Of a stretch of 64,000 bases of DNA, positions 48,164 to 57,075 are shown piece by piece. The DNA is taken from positions 138,506 to 202,505 of the IMG/VR virus record IMGVR_UViG_3300042691_041259. One strand, 5' to 3'. A program made the position numbers and the translations under genes. Source of the DNA: a virus (Duplodnaviria > Caudoviricetes). Each line of letters opens with the position of its first letter. The first letter of the stretch is position 1. The notes beneath the pieces are model-generated. The model saw nothing but the letters and a program-made list of their open reading frames with translations. It made no database searches and had not been told where the DNA came from.

Positions 48164-49608
48164 TCTTCTAAAAAGTTGTAGTAATTAAAGTGTTCTTTGA
48201 GCTCGTGCATCACTTGAGCTTTTTCTTCAGGATGCGAGTCGTAGTAAGCAATTCTTTCAAGGATTTCTTCGTGGTTATGTACCACAATTTTTTCCTGAAG
48301 CGATGCAGGAATACCCGTGCAGTCTGGATCGTACCGATAGTCAAGTAGAGGGAACACATCCAGAGCAAGGTAAAGAGCTGGCCGCCAGTTAATGATATTG
48401 TAGCGAGCAATGTTCTTGGCCACGAGCGAGTACTCGTACTGCGCAAGTGTTCGGTTGAGTTCTTGTGTGTCGATATATCCACGGTAGTTTGGGTGATTTG
48501 AAACCGAATCCCAGAGTTCTGCAATAGTTGAGTCCTCAGTAATTCTTTTTTGCAACCTACCAATGCTTTTGCCTTCTTTTTTTCTTTCTGAAATGTGTCC
48601 ATCAACTTTTGGTGGAACATAGAGATCAATGCCTTCGCCTTGAAGATTACGTAGATATGTATTCCAGACATCTTTGCGGGTATTTTTGCTCAAAAACACC
48701 GTTCCATAGAAGATGAACTTATTCCGCTTTGTCTTGTCAATTTCCCATGGCTTTTCGTATAAAAAGTGTTGCATTTCTGCTACCGGGAAGGCATCAAAAT
48801 CTCGGGTTCCGCGGAAGTCCTTTGCTAGCGCAAAGTTTTTGTGAGATGGAGACAATGTATCAAATACTCGGTAAAACGATCCAGGATCCACCACAAAATA
48901 GTATGACTTCTTGAAGTTGCCACTAGTTTTTCCTTCTTCAATATACCAGGCTCCCAAGTTATACAGGAGGTTCTTCATCCAATAGGTAAAGGTGAGAATC
49001 CCTACATGATAGTCGTATCGTTTGCTAATTTTCTTACAATTTTCCAGAATTACTTCACGGATTCGTGGATCATTGCCAATGTAATCGTGGAATTCATTGT
49101 CGCCATGGATGTTCTCGTGTTGTAGAATTTCTTTTGGCGTTTCGCGTTTTACCCAGTAATCTTTCAGTGGCAGAAAAGCCCAGCGTTCATCAAGCCACAT
49201 TACATACTGTGGAAAAACTTTAGGCAATTCTCTTGAAAAGAATTCCTGCACCACATCCCGGTTATGTTCCCAAGAAAGGTTATCTTCCTCGGTCATTTCC
49301 GCCGCGCGCTTGAACCGCTTTTCTTTAATCTCTTCAAAGTCGTTTTGATTGATTGAATAGATGTTGGAATAACCCATGTCCACCAGTCGAGATGGATCAT
49401 TGTCAACGCCAACCCATACCAGGTTAAATCGTGGAGCAAGTACTTCCTGAATCATGTTGCGGTACCATCCAAGTATATGGTCCTGTTCTTTACACAGGAT
49501 AAGCTTGGAAAACACCAGGATCATTGTCTCCTTTTGAGGATCCAAAGGTTTTACGTTATATGACCGAACAAGTCTGAGTGGCTTTTCGGGTGCGTCAAAT
49601 AATGCCAT
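48127..49608 (-). CDS. DNA beta-glucosyltransferase-like GT-B protein
   Basis: C-terminal half FIFYGT...R, LDYRYDP, NHEEILERI...EWKETITKALEL parallels the T4 BGT C-terminus (recalled alignment). Confidence 0.6.
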   Translation of the reverse strand: MALFDAPEKPLRLVRSYNVKPLDPQKETMILVFSKLILCKEQDHILGWYRNMIQEVLAPRFNLVWVGVDNDPSRLVDMGYSNIYSINQNDFEEIKEKRFKRAAEMTEEDNLSWEHNRDVVQEFFSRELPKVFPQYVMWLDERWAFLPLKDYWVKRETPKEILQHENIHGDNEFHDYIGNDPRIREVILENCKKISKRYDYHVGILTFTYWMKNLLYNLGAWYIEEGKTSGNFKKSYYFVVDPGSFYRVFDTLSPSHKNFALAKDFRGTRDFDAFPVAEMQHFLYEKPWEIDKTKRNKFIFYGTVFLSKNTRKDVWNTYLRNLQGEGIDLYVPPKVDGHISERKKEGKSIGRLQKRITEDSTIAELWDSVSNHPNYRGYIDTQELNRTLAQYEYSLVAKNIARYNIINWRPALYLALDVFPLLDYRYDPDCTGIPASLQEKIVVHNHEEILERIAYYDSHPEEKAQVMHELKEHFNYYNFLEEWKETITKALEL

Positions 49609-51032
49609 TAGAACAATTTTGTTGCGTTTACTGCTGGAGCTGCTGCCTTAGGAGCGTTCCACTTGACAAATACCTGCTTGGCGCCATCAAGGTAGCTCAG
49701 TTGTTTTCCCATGACTTCCTGGATTCCAAGAGCCGGGATTTTGCCTTCTGCTTCAAACTTTGAAACTTCTTCAGCGTACACCGGACCACAAAGGCTGGAC
49801 AGCAATTCGCGTTCGTCGGTATATTTATTGGTGTCCTTTCCCATTGAAAAAATGTGTTCCAAAGTCTCGGGAATTATGCGGTCAGCATTAAATTCCTGAT
49901 AGGCCACGTCAAAAGAGGTCTGTTGGTAGCGCTTCATCATTGGAATGTTGTGACTCATTTCCACAATTTTTGCAGCCACTTCTTGTACATCAGTTCCATC
50001 GGAAAGAATACAGAAGTCTGGAATATCTGAAAATAGAGTACCATCAGAGATTCGATTATGTTCTGCCCAGTGACGGTCAAACAGTGGAACTGCTCCAGTA
50101 CCAATGATTTCAATTTGTGTATATTCCATGCGGTCTCCATAATTTTGTGGCTGCTTGGGTAGTGAATAAAAAGCAGAACCAAACATATGTGTTGCAAAGT
50201 GATTCAATGCAAAGTCGCGTGTGCATGGTTCCCATGCTTTTACTGGGCCATTACCATATACGCGATTAGGAATTGTTTTATTTACTTTGGTGTAAGTAGT
50301 CCATTCGTGATCAATGATCTGGAATTTGGCGCCGACTGATGCTTCAATACCGTGAATTTCTGTAACAAAGGTTGGATCTATTTGATCCGCCCAGTAACCA
50401 ACCTCAACAGTACGGTCAATGTTTTTCAAAGTAGACCAACGGCCAACATAGGTGAGTCCGCGTTTGCGGCTTTCAATAGGATACTTTTCTTTGTAAGCCA
50501 AGAGTTCCTCAAAGTTCATCCACATTTTGAAGCGACACATTCTTTCGTTAGCCTTTTTTGATGGCATCATGGTAATTACTTGCTGAGCCATCCAGGTATC
50601 AGTACCAAAGTGATATACTAAATCAGCATCATTAAGCATTGGAACGAGATAGCAAATCTTGTCAACGTTGGCTTTAGAGATCTCATGTACAAACATTACC
50701 TTTAAAGCTTGTAGTGGCTTGAAAAGATTATGATAGAACTTTTTAATTGCCTCGTGCTCGTACTTATTGTTAGGGTACGAATTGAAAATTACCAGGTCAT
50801 ATTTTTCTAAGGCTTGCTTAATTTCATCAACGTTCTCGTGAGTAAAAGATCGGTACGTCAGTTTATGAGAGCCTCTTCGAGTATAAAACTTTTCGTCATA
50901 CGAAAAGGTATCCAGTTGGCAACCCACTTTTTTGGACCAGAGCTCCAGCTCTGCTCCTACGCGTGTAACTCCACAGCCTTCAATTCCCTGGCCATAAACC
51001 ACGGCAATTTTCTTTTCTTTCCAATTAGTCAT
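49608..51032 (-). CDS. DNA alpha-glucosyltransferase-like protein (T4 AGT-like)
   Basis: GQGIEGCGVTR, NSYP, GRWSTLK, MEYTQIEIIGTGAVPLF correspond to T4 AGT motifs GRGIEGCGVTK, NSVP, GRTTTWK, LEYTHLELGACGTIPVF. Confidence 0.8.
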   Translation of the reverse strand: MTNWKEKKIAVVYGQGIEGCGVTRVGAELELWSKKVGCQLDTFSYDEKFYTRRGSHKLTYRSFTHENVDEIKQALEKYDLVIFNSYPNNKYEHEAIKKFYHNLFKPLQALKVMFVHEISKANVDKICYLVPMLNDADLVYHFGTDTWMAQQVITMMPSKKANERMCRFKMWMNFEELLAYKEKYPIESRKRGLTYVGRWSTLKNIDRTVEVGYWADQIDPTFVTEIHGIEASVGAKFQIIDHEWTTYTKVNKTIPNRVYGNGPVKAWEPCTRDFALNHFATHMFGSAFYSLPKQPQNYGDRMEYTQIEIIGTGAVPLFDRHWAEHNRISDGTLFSDIPDFCILSDGTDVQEVAAKIVEMSHNIPMMKRYQQTSFDVAYQEFNADRIIPETLEHIFSMGKDTNKYTDERELLSSLCGPVYAEEVSKFEAEGKIPALGIQEVMGKQLSYLDGAKQVFVKWNAPKAAAPAVNATKLF

Positions 51033-51037
51033 TTTGA

Positions 51038-52639
51038 TTAGTTATTTTGTGATTCTGATAGTTCTTTAATGAGTTGTTTTCCGCGAACAAACATGGCCTT
51101 TTGGCGGTCCGGATCATCAGCATGAAATGGTATTGCTGTGATAAGCAGCATTACAGCAAGACGCTTAAGAAGATACACTTCGTAACCATGAGACTCAAGT
51201 TCGGCTTCAAGAAACTCAGAAAGCTTCTCGGTACCAGGAACCCAGTTAATTTCAATGGTATCATTTTTATATTCATTCTTTCCCCATGTGTAGCGTTTAG
51301 CCATGATCATGGCATATCCACAGTAAAAGTCTTGTAAGAGTTTTCCCAAGTCATACCGCAAATCGCCTTGCGTCCAGGTTTCTCCAAAGGATCCTCGTGG
51401 ATCCACAAATTTTAGGCTGCCACTGTATGGATCATAAATAATGTTACCTAAGTGAGAATCTCCATGCATAACATGAGACCATACCGGATGCTTACACATC
51501 ATTAATGCGGTGTCTAGTAAAAAGTCTTCGTGCCAACGTGTTATCGGAACGTGCTGGCGAATATCAGCAATCCGTGCTTTGGTCTTTACAAAGTAATGTT
51601 CAAAGCAGTATTTTGAAGAGTCCTCAGGATTGATTGTTTTTTCTGGATAGTATGAAGCAAATACCTGATGATGTATTTCCAAGATCTTTCGAATGATCTC
51701 GTGCCAAACATCGGTGCGAAGGTTATCATAAACCAGGACTTCATTCAGAGCAGTTCCAGGCTCGAGAGACATTTTGAGAATTCCATAATCCGACTCCAGT
51801 ATTCTTGGACAGAAGAGAGCTTGCTCTTCATCCAGGCCTTTGAACCAACGCTTTTCCGCCTCAATCTTTTCTTCCTTCTTGGGATCATCTGACCACTTGG
51901 TGACAGTACCATAGAACGTGTCAACCTGTATGTGATTGAAAGACCTGGCGGATTTAGAAAGCAGACGAGCTTTTGATTGGTAATATGTATTAAGTTCTCC
52001 GCAGTCGTACCACTTATTTGTTTCAACAAGTTCCATTGCGCCTTCAGTCTTTACATAGGCCTCGAGTAGCGCGGCTATTTGATACTCGCCTTTGTGAGTG
52101 GGCCTTTTCATGCCTTTAGCCAAAGAACGATTGAATGCTTTGCGATTAACAAAATTATAGACGCCAATCAGCGCCTTGTTAGTTGGTACCTCAGTATCGG
52201 GCTTATCATACAGGTTTCCATCGCTGTCTACAAGACACCATCGATGTGGATCTGCCACATTATGAACCGCCAGGAAGCTGCGTTGATATGGAAACTCTTC
52301 TAAACAGATAGTGTCACCAAGCCAGATAGTGATGGCGTTTTCCGCATGCTCCAATGCATTGAATCCAACTTCAATTGCGTGCAGAGGGCCAAGCTTTTCG
52401 GCTTGCACCACGCATTTAATATCAAGTTTAGGATAAACACGTGCTACAAATTCAGCAATATCACCAATCTCGTTTTCCACTATGATTACTTCATTAACAT
52501 CAGATTCTTTGAATATGTGTTCAATTACATAGGAGATAAGCGGTCGGCCATTGACAGGTATCATGGCTTTACTTACGCCTTTTGATAAAGGCTTCATACG
52601 AGTGGCCAAACCGGCCGCTGGAATAATTACGCTTCTCAT
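51038..52639 (-). CDS. Sugar-phosphate nucleotidyltransferase fused to an aminoglycoside/choline-kinase-like domain
   Basis: IPAAGLATRMKPL...KAMIPV N-terminus; C-terminal HGDSHLGN and VDPRG kinase motifs. Confidence 0.85.
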   Translation of the reverse strand: MRSVIIPAAGLATRMKPLSKGVSKAMIPVNGRPLISYVIEHIFKESDVNEVIIVENEIGDIAEFVARVYPKLDIKCVVQAEKLGPLHAIEVGFNALEHAENAITIWLGDTICLEEFPYQRSFLAVHNVADPHRWCLVDSDGNLYDKPDTEVPTNKALIGVYNFVNRKAFNRSLAKGMKRPTHKGEYQIAALLEAYVKTEGAMELVETNKWYDCGELNTYYQSKARLLSKSARSFNHIQVDTFYGTVTKWSDDPKKEEKIEAEKRWFKGLDEEQALFCPRILESDYGILKMSLEPGTALNEVLVYDNLRTDVWHEIIRKILEIHHQVFASYYPEKTINPEDSSKYCFEHYFVKTKARIADIRQHVPITRWHEDFLLDTALMMCKHPVWSHVMHGDSHLGNIIYDPYSGSLKFVDPRGSFGETWTQGDLRYDLGKLLQDFYCGYAMIMAKRYTWGKNEYKNDTIEINWVPGTEKLSEFLEAELESHGYEVYLLKRLAVMLLITAIPFHADDPDRQKAMFVRGKQLIKELSESQNN

Positions 52640-53040
52640 GGGTTTATCAATCTTTTAAGAGTTACAGATTCATAGTCAACTGCATCGTTTCTTACAAAAT
52701 CTGATGGGGAAAGAGCACGGTCGTCAATGTAATAAACATTAGGACCCCATGGCTTTCCAATTTTTATATCATCATAAGGAACGTCGTGACGATGCAACCA
52801 GCTGAGAAGAACCGGCAAAACATTGAGACGGACTTGCTCCACATCACCGCTATAGGTTCGCATTCCGCGAGCCGTATGCAGGATGATTGTGTGACCTTCC
52901 TCTTTAAGTTTTCGGATCCGTTGAATCACTGGCCAAATCGGTCGAGCGTTTGCATAATCGTTACCGGATTTGCCATTCGGATACTTATCAGCCACGCAGA
53001 TAGTACCATCCACATCCATTACAAAAGTTGACTTTTCCAT
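52636..53040 (-). CDS. HAD-superfamily phosphatase (capsule-biosynthesis type)
   Basis: DVDGT, TAR, GKP and IDD motifs. Confidence 0.85.
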   Translation of the reverse strand: MEKSTFVMDVDGTICVADKYPNGKSGNDYANARPIWPVIQRIRKLKEEGHTIILHTARGMRTYSGDVEQVRLNVLPVLLSWLHRHDVPYDDIKIGKPWGPNVYYIDDRALSPSDFVRNDAVDYESVTLKRLINP

Positions 53041-53059
53041 TTTTTATTCCTTACATAGA

Positions 53060-53087
53060 TTATATTCAACACAGGTAAAAAAGTTTT
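53060..53087 (-). promoter_or_regulatory. Bipartite promoter-like motif AAAC-N15-GAATATAA
   Basis: Heads the DNA-modification operon. Confidence 0.7.
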
Positions 53088-53175
53088 ACTGTTTTGTATA
53101 TATGCAGCCAACTTTTTCATAGAATCACCATAGAGCAACTATCTATATTGCGTAAAGTTATACCTTATACACTTC

Positions 53176-53202
53176 AAAAGAATCACTCTATGTGATTCTT
53201 TT
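53176..53202. terminator. Perfect 11-bp AT-rich hairpin, possible terminator
   Basis: AAAAGAATCAC-TCTAT-GTGATTCTTTT just after the 53222 gene. Confidence 0.5.
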
Positions 53203-53221
53203 AAGCCCGGTTTCCAAGAAG

Positions 53222-53380
53222 TTAATCTTCTTCTGTAAATTTCAACTTTAGGTATTCAATAGAATCAGATGGCCCAATAAGAGTATCGGCTGCTCTGTAG
53301 TAGCGAATGTTTTCTGGAGAATCTGTTAGCTCAATTTTTAAGCGATCTAATTTTGGTACAATTTTCTTGTTCATTCCCAT
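53222..53380 (-). CDS. Small hypothetical protein (52 aa, below track cut-off)
   Basis: MGMNKKIVPKLDRLKIELTDSPENIRYYRAADTLIGPSDSIEYLKLKFTEED*; starts 4 nt after the upstream stop. Confidence 0.55.
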   Translation of the reverse strand: MGMNKKIVPKLDRLKIELTDSPENIRYYRAADTLIGPSDSIEYLKLKFTEED

Positions 53381-53384
53381 AGGA

Positions 53385-53672
53385 TTAGGTGGTTGGAGAA
53401 ATTCTTTGAAGCGGAAAGTAGAGCTGACTTCCGGCGGTAATTACCATGATGTTTTCCGGACACTCCTCGTTGTCAAAAATAGCTCGGGCTTGTACTCGAT
53501 TCATTCCTTGACAGTATGCACTGACTGCTGCCAACGCTGCTTGCGGATTGTCTGATTTTTCTTTTACCATTTCCTTGATCTTTGCCTTTTGGACTTTACC
53601 GATTTTTCCAATCTCTGGTCCTTCGTCATTGATGGATTGTACTCGCCCTGCTTGTGTTCTTTGAATAGCCAT
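53385..53672 (-). CDS. Hypothetical protein directly downstream of the sigma factor
   Basis: Start MAIQRTQAG at 53672, 1 nt after the sigma stop. Confidence 0.6.
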   Translation of the reverse strand: MAIQRTQAGRVQSINDEGPEIGKIGKVQKAKIKEMVKEKSDNPQAALAAVSAYCQGMNRVQARAIFDNEECPENIMVITAGSQLYFPLQRISPTT

Positions 53673-53673
53673 A

Positions 53674-54291
53674 TTAGAATAGTTTATTTTTCTTTGAGAG
53701 TTTATGTAACATTTCTCGCCCTTTCTTAATCTTATACCAGACGTCTCCTGGTTTACAGCCAATTTCCTCCGCAATCTCTTCATTGGAAGCCTCCTTAAAG
53801 TATCTCATAGAGATTGCTTTAGATATATCTTCAGGCAGCTGGGAAACAAGAAGTCTTACCAATCGCGATATTTGTTCACGGTCAATCTCTGCATTCATAT
53901 CTACTTCATCAGCGACTGCAAAGGCTTCAGCATCTCGGACATTTGTTGGACGATCATAAGAATCTGCTTCCAGCCGCTTCTTTTTTCTAGGAATACCGCT
54001 AACATAATTATGAAGACATGCAATCATCCAGGTAAAGAACTTGGATTTTTCCGGATCATACATTCTTATCTTTACAAATGTGTTTCCCAGGACTGTCATT
54101 ACAATATCTTCTAGGTCTTCCACCTGTGCTTGCGGAAGTCGACGTTTAGCAGCCGTGTATAGGATTGGCTTATACTTTCGAATGAGGATATTGTAGGCTT
54201 TAGTATCTCCTTCAATAGCAGATTTTACCAGTTCTTTGTCTTCTTCATGCGTGGTATACGCTACTGACTTATAGCCTTTTCGTGTCCTCAT
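53674..54291 (-). CDS. ECF (group 4) RNA polymerase sigma factor
   Basis: Region 2 (ELVKSAIEGDTKAYNILIRKY...EDLEDIV...YDPEKSKFFTWM) and region 4 HTH (LPEDISKAISMRYFKEASNEEIAEEIG...VWYKIKKGREML); no region 3. Confidence 0.9.
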   Translation of the reverse strand: MRTRKGYKSVAYTTHEEDKELVKSAIEGDTKAYNILIRKYKPILYTAAKRRLPQAQVEDLEDIVMTVLGNTFVKIRMYDPEKSKFFTWMIACLHNYVSGIPRKKKRLEADSYDRPTNVRDAEAFAVADEVDMNAEIDREQISRLVRLLVSQLPEDISKAISMRYFKEASNEEIAEEIGCKPGDVWYKIKKGREMLHKLSKKNKLF

Positions 54292-54297
54292 GTTTAT

Positions 54298-54323
54298 TTA
54301 TATTCTTGGAAGATTAGTAGTTT
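54298..54323 (-). promoter_or_regulatory. Bipartite promoter-like motif AAAC-N14-GAATATAA upstream of the sigma gene
   Basis: GAAAC-TACTAATCTTCCAA-GAATATAA, 6 nt before the sigma ATG. Confidence 0.65.
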
Positions 54324-55936
54324 CAGTTCTTTTGGTTTTCAATTGAATCCCATGCATCAATAATGGCTTTTGCAAATACCGGCTCGCGACCAGTCCACCC
54401 TGCAAGTACTGCGCCTCGGTAGAGGTTTTCCGGTAGAATTGAGTTATCATAGCCTGCCACTTGCACCGTGAACACATTCAGTTTTGGGTTCACCTTTTTG
54501 CGGTAGTCGTTAACGAGCTTGAGAACATCGATATGGGAACTACCCGGTGCGTGAACGTATTCAGCGTATTCTCTACGATCTCTGCCAAAAAGCTGCCCGT
54601 GTCCGGCCTGCATATCACTATAGATGAATACCGTATCATAGTGAATTCCCTTTTCCAACGCCTCTTTCCAGAAGAGCCAAATTCCATTTTCGGTAGAGCT
54701 GCCTTGTGAAGCTCCACGTCTAGATACTTCATTCAGCTGGCCCAGAAGACCGTCCCGCTTGGAAACTGGTTCAATTGACAGCTCGTCGCCAAATACTCCT
54801 ACATAGCCTTCATCAGCTTGTTTGGCAGTGATGAGCGATGAGAGATTCGCAATTTCCGCCACAGTAACGGATCCGTATTCGGAATTGAGTGTTCCCCATG
54901 CAGAACCGCTGTTGTCTGATAGGCAAGCCACTTTTCCAGCAAGTTTTGGCATATTAGAAACCGCAATGTCCATGCATTCCTCCAAACCGTCCATAAGGAT
55001 TCGTTTATGATTTACGCTTTCCCCTTTTGCGATTGCCCGGTACGCTGAATAGTAACGGAAAGGAAATTGCTTTCCAGTCAGAACTCCGCCTTTCAGTTGA
55101 TCAATTACCTTTTGAGCTATTTTCAAATCTTGGATTTCAGTAAAGATTCCACGAAGATTTCGCAAAAGCGCCATGTGAGGAACTTTGATAGTTTCCACAA
55201 TCTCAGTCCAGGTCTTGCCTGCTGAACGAAGAGTTTCCCATGTCTGTTCAGTAGACTCTACCTGGATTTTGCCAGTTTTCATAAGTTCATTGATATCATC
55301 GTTGCTAGCATGCGAGATACGTACCAGGTCAATTAATGATTTTCCTTTATACTTATTCAGCTGGTAGCGGCTATACTCCTCCAGACGTTCTGCCCATGTT
55401 CTTTTCAAAAGAGAAGGCAAACCGTTCTTGGAACCTTTAAGAAACATATAATAGTCCAACTGATTGGTAAGGTCATCAGGTCTTCCTGCAATTGATTTTC
55501 CAATAGTTTTCATATAGCCAGGATTCTGTTCATTAAACTTGGCACGTCCTATATGAACAGCAGCTCTTACATAAATCACTGCTGGATTAAGACGCATGTT
55601 GTAGACCTCACGAAGTTCTTTTGCCAGATCCAGCGTTCCTTTAAAGTCATATTCCAGGGATGCTTCAATTGATTTGGTAAATATCTCTACCACATTAGTA
55701 GAATCAAACAAACCTGCAAAAATGTTGTAAGAATGTTTTGATAAAGTTTTAGGAGATTCCAAGCCATCACGGTAATACTGCGGTTCTCCAAAAATTGAGG
55801 ATGCTGCAACAATTCGTAAAGTATCCAGCGGGTTGAGTGCGTATGATGTACCACCCATAAAGTTTTCCACAGAGGTTTTCGCAAAGCGATTCATCGTGGC
55901 AGTTTCTTTGTTGCTGTATTTAGTCAGTCTACTCAT
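54323..55936 (-). CDS. rsr: TROVE-domain RNA-binding protein (Ro60/Rsr homologue) with C-terminal vWA
   Basis: RPDDL, RYQLNKY...SLIDLVRISH, TWE, PHMALLRNL, QFPFRYYSAY, and vWA DNSGS plus IYSDMQ. Confidence 0.9.
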   Translation of the reverse strand: MSRLTKYSNKETATMNRFAKTSVENFMGGTSYALNPLDTLRIVAASSIFGEPQYYRDGLESPKTLSKHSYNIFAGLFDSTNVVEIFTKSIEASLEYDFKGTLDLAKELREVYNMRLNPAVIYVRAAVHIGRAKFNEQNPGYMKTIGKSIAGRPDDLTNQLDYYMFLKGSKNGLPSLLKRTWAERLEEYSRYQLNKYKGKSLIDLVRISHASNDDINELMKTGKIQVESTEQTWETLRSAGKTWTEIVETIKVPHMALLRNLRGIFTEIQDLKIAQKVIDQLKGGVLTGKQFPFRYYSAYRAIAKGESVNHKRILMDGLEECMDIAVSNMPKLAGKVACLSDNSGSAWGTLNSEYGSVTVAEIANLSSLITAKQADEGYVGVFGDELSIEPVSKRDGLLGQLNEVSRRGASQGSSTENGIWLFWKEALEKGIHYDTVFIYSDMQAGHGQLFGRDRREYAEYVHAPGSSHIDVLKLVNDYRKKVNPKLNVFTVQVAGYDNSILPENLYRGAVLAGWTGREPVFAKAIIDAWDSIENQKN

Positions 55937-56628
55937 AGCTTTTGATATTTGAAATAATTGATTTTGAATTTTGATGTTGGATGATTCTCCACTTCAGTGC
56001 CAATTTGGACACTGTTATTGAGTATCACATTCATTTGCTGATTCTTAAAGTACGAAAGAACATTTTTATCGGTAACAGATCGAACGTGTCTTTCATTGTA
56101 AAAGATATCAATTCGAGTCTCTTGCCATTCACATGAATACTTTAAGAACTCTTTGGCCGGATCTTTTATGCCAAACCAGTGATTTTTAGCTCTTATTTGA
56201 TGGTGATCAGCAGATCTTCCATAATGAACATTGGTAGCAACGTTCCATGGATGATAAAACTTATACCACTTATTGAAGTAGTTTCCGCGGCTATTTGAGT
56301 ATGCTTCAAATATGTCAATTTCCGGTGGCCAGGACTCCCAGCCCCACATCCAAAAAGCAGGCCACAACTTCGGCCCAGTCGGTAAGAGCGCTTCAATCTC
56401 AAAATAGCCATACCCAAACTTTTCCGTACAAGACACCAACCCAATTCCAATTGGACGTGTTTTGCCATCTTCAAATTGCTTAGGGTTTTTTTGAGTCTTA
56501 AGTATTAAGGTTTCTCCACATAATTCAACCGCTGTCGGATCATGATATGTAAGAGAACTGTCTGGATGGTGGTCACCCCATCGTTCTTGTTTAAGCCATT
56601 CATAGCCCGACCAGATTATTTTTTCCAT
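55933..56628 (-). CDS. Glycoside hydrolase family 16 (laminarinase-like)
   Basis: WPAFW...PEIDIFE catalytic ExDxxE motif; YGYFEIEALLP. Confidence 0.9.
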   Translation of the reverse strand: MEKIIWSGYEWLKQERWGDHHPDSSLTYHDPTAVELCGETLILKTQKNPKQFEDGKTRPIGIGLVSCTEKFGYGYFEIEALLPTGPKLWPAFWMWGWESWPPEIDIFEAYSNSRGNYFNKWYKFYHPWNVATNVHYGRSADHHQIRAKNHWFGIKDPAKEFLKYSCEWQETRIDIFYNERHVRSVTDKNVLSYFKNQQMNVILNNSVQIGTEVENHPTSKFKINYFKYQKL

Positions 56629-56640
56629 GCCTTATGTGTT

Positions 56641-56675
56641 TAAAAAAAAATCCGCCCATTGTGTGAGCGGATTTT
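56641..56675 (-). terminator. Intrinsic terminator closing the non-coding array
   Basis: AAAATCCGCTCA/TGGGCGGATTTT stem then T9. Confidence 0.85.
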
Positions 56676-57024
56676 CGAAATGACAAGCACGCCATTTCTT
56701 ACGCATGGCATGCAAGATCTTTTCCGAGAATTTTAAGGAGGTGTGGTTTTCGTTACAATTGTGAAGTAGCACCGCCTTCCGCATCGGAATAGTAAGTTTC
56801 CTCTTGTCCTGAGAATCTCCCGTTTGAGAGTTGACTTATGGCGTCGAACCTTTTACCTTTTCTAGCCGAGAAATAGCCGATCCGCCATCTTAGTTCCTTT
56901 TAAAGGGCGCTTTTGATTTGCGGAGGTGATTAGCCTTTTGTAGTTGTTATTGTTTTGGAGTAGCTCAATCAGCCGCTTCAGAACAGTGAGGATATATTAA
57001 AGAACGTGTATTTGTATCGGTTAC
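56642..57024 (-). ncRNA. Candidate Ro60-associated (Y-RNA-like) tandem hairpin array
   Basis: No ORF; own promoter motif and terminator; three stem-loop units each carrying GCTA(C/T)T(C/T)C, plus a 9-bp hairpin. Confidence 0.6.
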
Positions 57025-57029
57025 AGTTA

Positions 57030-57056
57030 ATATATTCTGAGAAATCAAATAGTTTC
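57030..57056 (-). promoter_or_regulatory. Bipartite promoter-like motif AAAC-N14-GAATATAT
   Basis: Just 3' of the tRNA, pointing into the non-coding array. Confidence 0.65.
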
Positions 57057-57075
57057 AGCACATATTAACTTTTTG

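Noticed and set aside
56642-57024. CRISPR mini-array interpretation of the hairpin array
   Set aside because: Shared sequence is only an 8-nt degenerate motif, spacing is irregular (87 and 107 nt) and no cas genes are in the window.
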